The notes under the pieces are model-generated. The model saw only the letters and a program-made list of their open reading frames with translations, searched no databases and was not told where the DNA came from. Below, piece after piece: positions 34,968 to 46,712 of a DNA stretch of 64,000 bases. This stretch comes from Eledone cirrhosa (lineage: Eukaryota): assembly GCA_964016885.1 (NCBI GenBank), contig OZ024741.1, forward strand, positions 396,924,001 to 396,988,000, written 5' to 3'. Position 1 is the stretch's first letter, and each line of letters opens with the position of its first letter. The translations under genes and the position numbers were made by a program.

Positions 34968-37900
34968 TTACAGACACATACTCAGAGAAGGCCCATTCAT
35001 TCGGGCCATACTTGCTTCTCTCACCCATCTTTCAACAAAATGCTGGGAAGAGAGCACTTCCCTCTCTACCCTGATTTTCCTTTTCAAATGAAATTTGAAA
35101 AAGTTAATCAGGGCATCACCGAAGAGGTAAGTGCTCGTCTTCAGCCCTTTCAAACGTGTCCACCATACTATCTCTTTCGCCATGGCCACCAGACAGATAA
35201 AAACTGCCTGCCCTTCCAGGCTAAAGGAAGGGGGCGGGGCAATCCTCACGATGGACTCAGCTGATAGCTGGATCCGTCCTACACGTGACAGCAGGTGTTC
35301 GACATAAACCCACAAGTCAGCAATGCTCGGACACTGGACGAGTGCGTGCAGGACGGTTTCGTCGCCCTGCGCGCATCTCGGACATGCCCGGCTGACGGCA
35401 CCTCCATGCCTGTAGAGTTTATCCCGAACTGGCAAAACTCCTCGGTAGCACTGCCAGGCCAGGGATTTCTGGAAGTTGTCCATAGGCCCCGGCCCGAAAG
35501 TCCTTCCGAAGAGATTGGCTAGTTGATTTTCGTCGACGCCTAGAGTTTCTCCAAGTACGTCGTCGCTCTTCCCCTCCACTAATCCCCTATAGAACGCCAA
35601 GGTGGAGTTTCCACCGATCACATTGCCCGATTGGTCGAGGGCTGTGAGCGCCTGAAGACATTCCAGTCTCCAAGCGCTCCCTCTCGGTCTTCGCTTGACC
35701 CAGGACTGCAGCTCCGTCAAGGAGACGAGTTGGGGAAAAACGTGTCTTGCAAACGGCGACCACACCTGATCACCGTCGAGGAAGAGGTGGAGATGTCGTA
35801 GCCTGAGCGCGTGTCTGCGCATCATCAGCCACGGCATGCCCAGCCCTCCACGTAGCGGGTGTTGACAGCAGATGGACCGCCTGACCATCGGAGCGCGTCC
35901 CTTCCACAAGAAGCGAAAGAGCAAACGCTCCAGCGCAGTCAGGCGGGGCTTAGGACAAGGTACGACCGTCAGGCGGTAGTAGATGACGGATGCGATGTAC
36001 GCATTCGCCACTTCCGCTCGACCTTTCAGGGATAGCTTCTTCTCCGCCCATTTCTGGGTGAGAGAAGCCACCCTGCTCGTCACCTCGTCCCAGTTTTTGT
36101 CCGTCTGGAGGTCTGGACCGAACCAGACCCCTAGCAATTTAACCGGTCCGTCCGTCCAGCGCCCGACGACGCTGTTGGACGGCATGGACCTGCCTCTCCA
36201 GGTGCCGAGCTGCAGGCCCACTGACTTTTCCTGGTTGATCATTGCTCCTGTCACCGCTTCGTATTCTCTTAGTGTAGTGCCGATCGCCTCGATGTGTTTG
36301 GCGTTCGACACCACTACGGTCACATCGTCCGCATATGCTGACACGGATCTTCCGCATCCTAGTTCGCGCGGGACCCCCCTCAACGTCTCCAGTTTGTGCA
36401 GTAATGGCTCGAGAGTCAATACGTACAATAGGGACGAGAGGGGACATCCTTGACGGACCGAGCGCATGATGTTGAACGGTTCCGAAAGGTGACCGTTCAC
36501 TCTCACTACAGATCAGATGTCGCTGTGCATGGCAGCGATCCGGCCTCTGAAGACGGGCCCAAAGCCAGCCGCCCTCAGGACTGCCGTTAGGTAACGATGG
36601 TCGACCCTATCGAAGGCTTTCGACTGATCTAAATTGATCAAAGACCCACCCGTGCCAGGTTCCCTAGCTACCCTCTCTACGATGTATCGCATGAGGTGGA
36701 GGTTGTCGTGGATGGATCTGTCGGGAATGGCGCATGTCTGTGCCTCTCCCACCAGACCACCAACGACAAGCGCCAACCTCTTTGCTAGCACCTTGGCCAA
36801 AATCTTGAACTCTGTGTTTAGCAGAGTTATGGGCTTAAAATTATCTATGTTATCCCCCTTGTTCGGATCCTTTCTCAGCAGCGCCACCGCTCCTCGGCTC
36901 ACAGAGCTGGGAATTCTCCCGTTCTGTTGCCAGTTGCAGTAGACGTCCGCCAAGAGGCCTCCGAACAAGTTTGGCATTTGTGCGTAAAGTTCATTGGGCA
37001 GACCATCCAAACCAGGCGATTTACCCCTTGTGCAACTAGTCATTGCATCCCGTACTTCAGCGGTTGTTATCGGCTTTTCGCAACACTCCGCCTCAGTGGC
37101 CGAAAGCCACGGCAGTCCGTCAAGGTAGACACTAAAGTCCATCCCTCGATCCGACCCGCCACTGCCCCCGAACAGTTGCGCGAAGTGTCGCTGAAAAGCT
37201 TCACACATTTGCTCGGGATCGAGTAGCATGCGCCCGTCGTGGTCCACCAAAGACCGGATCGTGGCTTTGTTGCCACGACGCGCCTCCGCCACTCGGACCC
37301 ATTGAACGGCTTTCGTCCCCTCGTGTCTGAGAGCACGCACCCTAGCTCTGACAACGCAGCCTTCGTGCTTTGCATTGAAGAATTGGTCAAGGGCCAATTT
37401 CGCCGCAAGTACGTCGGTCGCGATGCCTTTTCTAAGCGCCTCATCTAATTTTCTAACTAATTCTCCCTCTGCTCTATTTTTCTCTATTGCTAAAGTCTTA
37501 CTAAACCTAATGGACTCTATTCTAATTGCTCTTTTCAGAGCAAACCACCACTTGTTGTTGACGATGGCCCCCGTCAACGCCCGCTTAACTAGTTCGCTAA
37601 TCCGGTCTCTGTAGGCCTTGCGCGCTGGTAAGGACGCGTTTAGCTTCCAGTAGCCGGGTCCTCGTCTATGAAGCCTATCTAAGTCAAGCACACAGATCAC
37701 GAATTTGTGGTCCGTGTAGCTGACTATCTTGAATTGTGGACAGCCTATGCTAGACCTATCTATTTCCCTACAAAATACTCTATCTAGATATGATCTGGAT
37801 GACCCTATGCGATTTGTCCAAGTCCACATTGGTACATTCGGGAAATCCATTCGGTATCTGTCAGACAGTTCAAAACGTCTGAGCAGGTTGGTGAGACTCT

Positions 37901-38387
37901 TGCACCCTCCTTCCCTATCCACTAATCCCACACAATCCCAGCGTGCATATAAGATCCCGTTCCAGTCGCCCACTAACACTAAAGAGCGGGACGTTCCAAG
38001 AAAGGTCTCCAGACGCCGGAAGAAATCAGGCCCCCCTGCTCCTGTCGGGGCATAGACGGCCACTAACCTGAAAGCTTGCCCGTCTCCGCTGGTCACGTCC
38101 AGCACCACCAACTTACCTTCTGGGTCCAGGAAGATGGCCCGTATGGCAAGATCCAAACCTCTCCAAAAAAGCACAGCAACTCCTCCCCCCGATCCCGGAC
38201 GGCTGGGAGATGCGTACACATCGTAGCCGCCGAAGATCGGTGCGAAAGCCTGTGCTTCGGAGATTCTGGTCTCGCTGATGGCCACTACATCTATGTTTAG
38301 TGACCTGAGGTCGTTGAGCAGGTGGCCCTGCTTCCATGACGACCCCAAGCCACGCGCATTTATGCTGCCTATTCTGAGTGAGGTCAT
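34968..38387 (-). pseudogene. Tx1 ORF2 (APE endonuclease, RT, CCHC), one frameshift at ~36510
   Basis: SINARGL, SET, VYAP, GDWN, YLDR, TDH; KSPGLDG, LDQSKAFDRV, RQGCPLS, YADD; CPRC..ETVLHALVQC. Confidence 0.9.
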
Positions 38388-38421
38388 GTTGAAAAGGAGT
38401 GGAAAAGATGGGAAAGACCAC

Positions 38422-40404
38422 TTACCTTACTTCTCGTAGGGGAAGGACGGCTTTTCCATCCTTTTCACTGCTTGTGGCCTCCTCAGGAAGGATGTCCTTA
38501 TAAATCCTCCTGGAGAGTGCTTGTCGGAAGTCTCCGATGTCTTTGGGGAATTTTTGTTTTAGTGTCATGTACGTTTTCTGTGTAATGCGAGTGATTTGTA
38601 TGTGTGGATGTGGTGTGAATTTTGGGGTTGTTGTGTAGTCTTTTTCTGTGATGCTGGTGTTGTGTTGGATGTAGTGTAATAATTGCTTGTTGTTCAAATT
38701 TAATGCTGTGTAGTGTGTATCGTTTTGGTTGTTTTGTTTTGTTTGCGTTTGTTGTGGGTTTGTTTCTGTTTCGCATTTTGGTGACTTTTGTGGTGTAGGT
38801 GATGGTGGTGTTGGAGTTAATGATGGTGATGGTGTTGGTGTTTGGGTTGATGGGGTTGGTGATGCTGGTGTGGATGGTGGCATATCTGTCCTAACTTTTT
38901 GGTTTCTTAGTTTATTTGTTTCCCTCTGTATTTTGTTTTTGGAGGGGGAAGGAAGAGAATTTTTTCTTTTTTGGTTTCTTTTTTTTTTTCCGGATATCGT
39001 TTCCCACTCCTCGTCGTTACAATCTGTCTCCAGTTGTGATAGGCCGGGGAGTGGAAAATCCTCCACAGCCGTTAGTTTTGGTTGTGGTGTGGTGGATGGT
39101 GTAGGCGCTGGTGCTAGTTCTGAAGCGTTGGGTGGTGGTGGTGTTGGTTTTGCTGGTGCTGGTAGTGGTGTTGGTTTTGCTACTGTTGCTGGGGTTGTTG
39201 CTGTTATAGTTGCTTCTGTTGTTGCTGCTACAGTTGTTGCTGCCATCTCTGCTACTGGTGGTGTTGATGGTTGTGTCACTGGGGTGGGTAGGAGAGGTGG
39301 CCTCAACCTTTTAGCCTGAGGGCAGAAAGCCCTTAGGTGGGTTCCTTCACCACAAACGACACACCTAGGTCTTCTGCCCTCGACAATTACCGTGAGGTGG
39401 CTGCCGTCAGTGAGGTCTATTACCTCTGGGATCTCCTCAATGCTTTTTTGGTCCGCTTGGATCAGGAGCTCCATCCCAGATCCGGACCAGTTTTCCTGCT
39501 TTTCTTTTGCTATTGTTATTATTTTCGTGTTGGCCTCGATGCCGGCGATGACAGCCGCTATTAGCCAGGGAATTTCGATGGCCGGTGGAACGTGGGTTAC
39601 CCTGATCTTTACGAGTCTCTGGCCACAATAGCTTGGGACGAGTGTGAAGTCGTCACTTTTTAATGGGGCCATGGAGTGTTCTCTAGCCTCCTCTGGTGTT
39701 TCAAAGAACATCCACGGTTCCATACTTTTGCCCACGTCTGATGTGGGTTTTTCTTGCCCACACATGTCCCAAAGCTTTTGGGATTTGGGACTCGGATGCC
39801 CGTTCCACTCGGCGCGATTTTACATTTATTGTTCTATACGACACGGTGCATAGGCGCCGATGCTCCATTTTATTAGGTGGGGGGTGAGGCTGACCCTGTA
39901 CCCATCTTTCTTTACCATTTGTTTGGCATTTTCTAAATCTTCTTGAGTTACCGTGAACGCTTCGAATTGTTATGCTACGATGGCGAAACTGAGGGTCGGT
40001 TTTATAATGTCATTGTTGTTGTTGTTGCTATCGTTAATATTAATTTTATTTTCAGTTGTGGTGGTGGTGACGTCAGTCGTCTTTGGTGGGGAAGAGTCCA
40101 TTTTGCTTGATTTCATTTCGACGTCACGAGTTAATTTATTTTTTTCTTCTTTTGTTTCTGTTGTCGCGGTGGTGGTGGTGGTGGTGGTTGTCGCGGTGGT
40201 GGTGGTGGTGGAGGGTTTAACACCTGCAGTCATTGGTAATGGCGGGAAATGAATGTCTGCCTGAGACAAATTTAAAATATTGCTACTGATTATATTTTTT
40301 TTTGTGTTGGCAAACGTAGTAACATTTACAATGGTGGTGTCAGTGTGAGGTGTTATTTTGTGAGGAAGGCTTTCAGCTGCTTCGTGCAGAGGGGAATTAG
40401 CCAT
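38422..40404 (-). pseudogene. Tx1 ORF1 (gag-like, CCHC knuckle, Pro/Thr-rich), disrupted
   Basis: CVVCGEGTHLRAFC knuckle, WETISGKKKR basic patch, Thr/Asn-rich N-terminus; stop and frameshift between ~39765 and 39970. Confidence 0.8.
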
Positions 40405-40637
40405 TTTTTTTCAAAGAAATTTTTGGATAATAATAAAAGTTAAAATTTTGGGCACAAGGCCCCAATCTTTTTGGGTGTCCTTTTCAGAAAACAATGTATG
40501 TGTGCTTATAAACAGTTTACAATAAAATTTTCCATAAATGGCAATTTTTAAACAAACGGAAATAACAAACCTTTGCGGAGCTCACGATAATACGATTTCC
40601 TACGTAGGTCGCCAATAATAATAATAATAATAATAAT

Positions 40638-43600
40638 GATTTCTTTATTAACCACAAGGGTTTACATAAAGTAGACATTAAGGACAGTGCAGGACAATAC
40701 AGGACGGTACAAATGGGCATTTCTGCGTGTAAAAAACAAAAACAGAGGATATAACAAAAAAATAACAATTAAAGATTGGGAGAGACTTCGGAGGGACATT
40801 TGTGGGGAAAGCCCAGTAAAAGGCCACAGTGACCCTGACCACCAAGGCAAGTGCCCACTCCCAGTTTTCCACCTTTAATTTACAGATACGTACTCAGAGT
40901 AGGCCCATTCACTCGGGCCATTCTTGCTTCTCTCACCCATCTTTCAACAAAATGCTGGGAAGAGAGCACTTCCCTCTCTACTCTGATTTTCCTTTTCAAA
41001 TGAAATTTGAAAAAGTCAATCAGGGCATCACCGAAGAGGTAAGTGCTCGTCTTCAGCCCTTTCAAACGTGTCCACCATACTATCTCTTTCGCCATGGCCA
41101 CCAGACAGATAAAAACTGCCTGCGCTTCCCGGCTAAAGGAAGAGGGCGGGGCAATCCTCACGATGGACTCAGATGATAGCCGGATCCGTCCTACACGCGA
41201 CAGCAGGTGTTCGACATAAACTCACAAGTCAGCAATTTTCGGACACTGGACGAGTGCGTGCAGGACGATTTCGTCGCCCTGCGCGCATCTCGGACATGCC
41301 CGGCTGACGGCACCTCCATGCCTGTAGAGTTTATCCCTAACTGGCAAGGCTCCTCGGTAGCACTGCCAGGCCAGAGATTTCTGGAAGTTGTCCATAGATC
41401 CCGGCCCGAAAGTTCTTCCGAAGAGATTGGCTAGTTGATTTTTGTCGACGCCTAGAGTTTCCCCAAGTACGTTGTCGCTCTTCCCCTCCACCAATCCTCT
41501 ATAGAACGCCAAGGTGGAGTTTCCACCGATCACATTGCCCGATTGGTCGAGGGCTGTGAGCGCCTGAAGACATTCCAGTCTCCAGGCGCTCCCTCTCGGT
41601 CTTCGCTTGACCCAGGACTGCAGCTCCGTCAAGGAAACGAGCTGGGGAAATACGTGTCTAGCAAACGGCGACCACACCTGATCACCGTCGAGGAAGAGGT
41701 GGAGATGTCGTAGCCTGAGCGCGTGTCTGCGCATCATCAGCCACGGCATGCCCCCCCCCCCCCACGTAGCGGGTGTTGACAGCAGATGGACCGCCTGACC
41801 ACCGGAGCGCGTCCCTTCCACAAGAAGCGAAAGAGCAAACGCTCCAGCGCAGTCAGGCGGGGCTTAGGACAAGGTACGACGGTCAGGCGGTAGCAGATGA
41901 CAGACGCGATGTACGCGTTAGCCACCTCCGCTCGACCTTTCAGGGATAGCTTCCTCTCCGCCCATTTCTGGGTGAGAGAAGCCACCCTGCTCGTCACCTC
42001 GTCCCAGTTTTTGTCCGTCTGGAGGTCCGGACCGAACCAGACTCCTAGCAATTTAACCGGTCCGTCCGTCCAGCGCCCTACGACGCTGTTGGACGGCATG
42101 GACCTGTCTCTCCAGGTGCCGAGCTGCAGGCCCACTGACTTTTCCTGGTTGATCATTGCTCCCGTCACCGCTTCGTATTCTCTTAGTGTAGTGCCGATCG
42201 CCTCGATGTATTTGGCGTTCGACACCACTACGGTCACATCGTCCGCATATGCTGACACGGATCTTACGCATCCTAGTTCGCGCGGGACGCCCCTCAACGT
42301 CTCCAGTTTGTGCAGTAATGGCTCGAGAGTCAATACGTACAAGAGGGACGAGAGGGGACATCCTTGGCGGACCGAGCGCATGATGTTGAACGGTTCCGAA
42401 AGGTGACCGCTCACTCTCACGACAGAGCAGTGGTCGCTGTGAATGGCAGCGATCCAGCCTCTGAAGACGGGCCCAAAGCCAGCCGCCCTCAGGACTGCCG
42501 TTAGGTAACGATGGTCGACCCTATCTAAAGCTTTCGACTGATCTAAATTGATCAAGGACCCACCCATGCCAGGTTCCCTAGCTACCCTCTCTACGATGTA
42601 TCGCATGAGGTGGAAGTTGTCGTGGATGGATCTGTCGGGAATAGCGCATGTGTGCGCCTCTCCCACCAGACCACCAACGACAAGCACCAACCTCTTTGCT
42701 AGCACCTTGGCCAAAATCTTGAACTCTGTGTTTAGCAGAGTTATGGGCCTGAAATTATCAATGTTATCCCCCTTGTTCGGATCCTTTCTCAGCAGTGCCA
42801 CCGCTCCTCGGCTCACAGAGCTGGGAATTCTCCCGTTCTGTTGCCAGTTGCAGTAGACGTCCGCCAAGAGGCCTCCGAACAAGTCTGGCATCTGTACGTA
42901 AAGTTCATAAGGCAGACCATCCAAACCAGGCGATTTATCCCTTGTGCAGCCAGTCATTGCCTCCCGTACTTCAGCGGCTGTTATCGGCTTTTCGCAACAC
43001 TCCGCCTCAGTGGCCGAGAGCCGCGGCAGTCCGTCGAGGTAGACACTAAAGTCCATAACTCGACCCGGCCCACCGCTGCCCCCGAACAGCTGAGCGAAGT
43101 GTCGCTGAAAAGCTTCACACATTTGCCCGGGATCGAGTAGCATGCGCCCGTCGTGGTCCACCAAAGACCTGATCGTGGCTTTGTTGCCACGACGCGCCTC
43201 CGCCACTCGGACCCATTGAACGGCTTTCGTCCCCTCGTGTCTGAGAGCACACACCCTAGCTCTGACAACGCAGCCTTCGTGCTTTGCATTGAAGAATTGG
43301 TCAAGGGCCAATTTCGCCGCAAGTACGTCGGTCGCGATGCCTTTTCTAAGCGCCTCGTCTAATTTTCTAACTAGTTCTCCCTCTGCTCTATTTTTTTCTA
43401 TTGCTAAAGCCTTACTAAACCTAATGGATTCTATTCTAATCGCTCTTTTCAGAGCAAACCACCACTTGTTGTTGACGATGGCCTCCGTCAACGCCCGCTT
43501 AACTAGTTCGCTAATCCGGTCTCTGTAGGCCTTGCGCGCTGGTAAGGACGCGTTTAGCTTCCAGTAGCCGGGTCCTCGTCTATGAAGCCTATCTAAGTCA

Positions 43601-46600
43601 AGCACACAGATCACGAATTTGTGGTCCGTGTAGCTGACTATCTTGAATTGTGGACAGCCTATGCTAGACCTATCTATTTCCCTACAAAATACTCTATCTA
43701 GATATGATCTGGATGACCCTATGCGATTTGTCCAAGTCCCCATTGGCACATTCGGGAAATCCAATCGGTACCTGTCAGACAGTTCAAAACGCCTGAGCAG
43801 GTTGGTGAGGCTCTTGCACCCTCCAGCCCTATCCGCTAATCCCACACAGTCCCAGCGTGCATCTAAGATCCCGTTCCAGTCGCCCACTAACACTAAAGAG
43901 CGGGACGTTCCAAGAAAGTTTTCCAAACGCCGGAAGAAATCAGGCCGCCCTGCTCCTGTCTGGGCATAGACGGCCACTAGCCTGAAAGCTTGCCCGTCTC
44001 CGCTGGTCACGTCCAGCACCACCAACTTACCCTCTGGGTCCAGGAAGATGGCCCGTATGGCGAGATCCAAACCTCTCCGAAAAAGCACAGCAACTCCTCC
44101 CCCCGATCCAGGACGGCTGGGAGATGCGTACACTTCGTAGCCTCCGAAGATCGGTGCGAAAGCCCGTGCTTCGGAGATTCTGGTCTCGCTGATGGCCACT
44201 ACATCTATGTTTAGTGACCTGAAGTCGTTGAGCAGGTGACCTTGCTTCCATGACGACCCCAAACCACGCGCATTTATGCTGCCTATTCTGAGTGAGGTCA
44301 TGTTTAAAATGGAGTGGAAAAGATGGAAAGACCACTTACCGTACTTTTCGTAGAGGAAGGATGGTTTCTCCATCCCTTTTCACTTGATCGTCTGGTGAAG
44401 GGACCGTTGAATCGTCCCTTCAGCTGGTCGTCGGCTCTTCTATGAGCATGTCCGAATATACTCTCCGGTTGAGAGTCCCTCCTAGGTCTCTGAAATCACC
44501 AACTGCGTTGGGGAATTTCGTTTCAATGTTTGTGTATTGTTTCTGTGCTATTTTTACCAGTCTTATGTTCGTTGGCGTTTTGATTGGTGCTGGTATTATG
44601 TAGTCGTGCTGTGAAATGTCTGTGTGTTCAATTATGTAAGTCATTAGTTTCTTGTTGTGTGTATTTATTGCCGTGCATTTGTTTTTCTGGGGGTGGGGTG
44701 TGGTTCTGCTATTTTCTTGTCGTTGTTGCTGGGTGTGTGTGTTTTGTTGTTGTGTTTGCAATGTTGGTGCTTGTGGTAGTGGTGTTGAAGGTGTTGTTGT
44801 TGTTGGCGGTGGGGTTTTCGCCGGTGGTGATGGTGGTGCTAGTGTGGGTGGTGATGGTGTTGGTGGTGTTGCTGCTGTGAGTCTCTTTGCAGTAGCCTTT
44901 ACCCTTTTTTCATTTCTTTCCTCCCTTTTCGAAGGCGACGATGCGCTGCTTTTGCGTTTGTGCCTTCTTACGACCTTTTGCCATCTCTCTCCCACCTCAC
45001 ACTCCATGTCTGATTCTGTGAGGTCGGGGAGGGGTACCAGGTCCACTCTTTCACTTGTTGTTGTTGGTGATGTTTGCAGTGGAGTCTCTGTTGCAGCTGC
45101 ATTTGGTATTACTGTTGTTGTTGTTAATACTTCCACTGCTGCTGCTGTTCTTGATTTCCGTGGCGTGGGTATGGGTGCCACGGACATATCGTTCTTGGTT
45201 GCCGCTTGTCCTGTTGCTGGTAGCCGTGGAGCTGGTTTCGGAAGGAGGGGGGTTTCCTCCTTTCTCAGGGTTTCTCGTTGCAGAAGGCCCTGAGGTGAGT
45301 CTTCGATCCACAGCGAAAGCATTTCGGGCGTTTGCCCTCAACACTTATGGGCAGTTGAGTGCCGTTATCGAAGTCTATCACATCCGGGATAGCTTCGATG
45401 CACTCCTGGTTGGTTTGGATTAACATCTCAATGGAGATGCCGACCCAATCCTCTCTTACTTTTTTCTGTACTTGCAGTACAGTTGTTTTGTCCTCGATTC
45501 CGACGAGGACAGACGCGGCCAGCCAAGAAGGGGCCATCCCGGGGGGGGCGTGGGTCAGTTTGACCCTCACAATTTTTTGCCCGCAGTAGGAGGGCACCAA
45601 CACCATTTCCTCGCTCCTTAGGGTCACTAAGAATTGAGCCATTGCCTCCTGGGGTGTGGCAAAAAGCACGTCTACGGTGACATATTTCTTGCCTCGGGTG
45701 ATATGCGTTTTCCGCTGCCACACAGACCCTAAGGCTTTTTGTATTTGAGCCTTTGTGGCTCTTTCAACCCTACGGGATTTTGTGCTTACTGTACGGTACG
45801 TGACCGACACCTGTTGGGTTTCTAAAAATTTTTCGGCTGCTTTGCAGATTGCTCGGTAGTCCGATTTCCGTCACCATCTTCTTCGCTTCCTCTAATTCCT
45901 CATTTGTTATGAGGATGGTTTCCAGGTTCTTTGCGATACCTGCAAACGAGATTGGTTTTTCTTTGCTGCTGTTGTTGTTGTTGTTGTCGTCAGAGCTGCT
46001 GTTACTTTTGTTGTTGTTGCAGGTACTACGACTACTGCCGCCGCCGCTGTTGCTGTGGTTGTTGTTGTTGTTGCTGCTGCTGCTGTTGTTGTTGCTGTTG
46101 CTGCTAATGCTGTTGTTGTTTATGCTGCTGCTGATGCTGTTGCGGCTGCTACTGTTGTTTTCCTTGTCACTGTTGCTGCTGCTGCTGTTATTACGGCTGC
46201 TACTGCTATTATTCATGACGTCAGATGAATGAAATGGGTTTTCGTATTTACCGCACTTCTTTTTCGTCGTTGTCGTCGTCGTGGAGAAATGTTTCATGAT
46301 TTGCACGTGATTTTGTAAACTATTTTTCTTTACTGGTGTCGCTGGCGAAAGAGAAGGGAGGGAGAGAGACACATTTAGAGAAGGGAGGGAGAGAGACAAT
46401 CTTCTCTCTGCTGTAGTGACAATTGAGGAAGAAGAAGACGGAATGAGTGGGAGTGACTTGTGAAAATTCTTTTTCGTAGCCATGTTTTTTTGGGGTTTAA
46501 AATAAATATTGGGCACAAACCCCAATAAGCGGTTGTTTAACCCCGAAGGGCCAAATAACGGGCAGAAAGACCCCTCTCACGAGGAGGAGGGTGTTTTTGT

Positions 46601-46685
46601 CTACAATTTGGTTAAAGTTTTAAACAATTTACAGTCAAAATTTACAATACCTTACAGAGCCGAGCCTCCGTCAACCATGGCATTC
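40638..46685 (-). mobile_element. Tx1/L1-clade LINE copy B, full-length (~6.0 kb)
   Basis: ORF1 pieces 44420-46525 (CFRCGSKTHLRAFC), ORF2 40880-44301; (AAT)n on both sides. Confidence 0.92.
40880..44301 (-). pseudogene. Tx1 ORF2 copy B (frameshift at G-run ~41750-41763, TGG>TGA at 41222)
   Basis: Near-identical to copy A ORF2; APE and RT domains open, with YADD. Confidence 0.9.
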
Positions 46686-46712
46686 AATAATAATAATAAT
46701 AATAATAATAAT

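Larger units (their letters stand above)
34725..40613 (-). mobile_element. Tx1/L1-clade LINE copy A, full-length (~5.9 kb)
   Basis: ORF1 pieces 38422-40404 and APE-RT ORF2 34968-38387; (AAT)n on both sides. Confidence 0.92.

Noticed and set aside
36500-36520. Programmed frameshift between the two ORF2 halves of copy A
   Set aside because: Copies B and C are continuous through this region; a copy-specific indel
41220-41225. TGA readthrough in Tx1 copy B ORF2
   Set aside because: Copies A and D have TGG (Trp) here; a simple nonsense mutation
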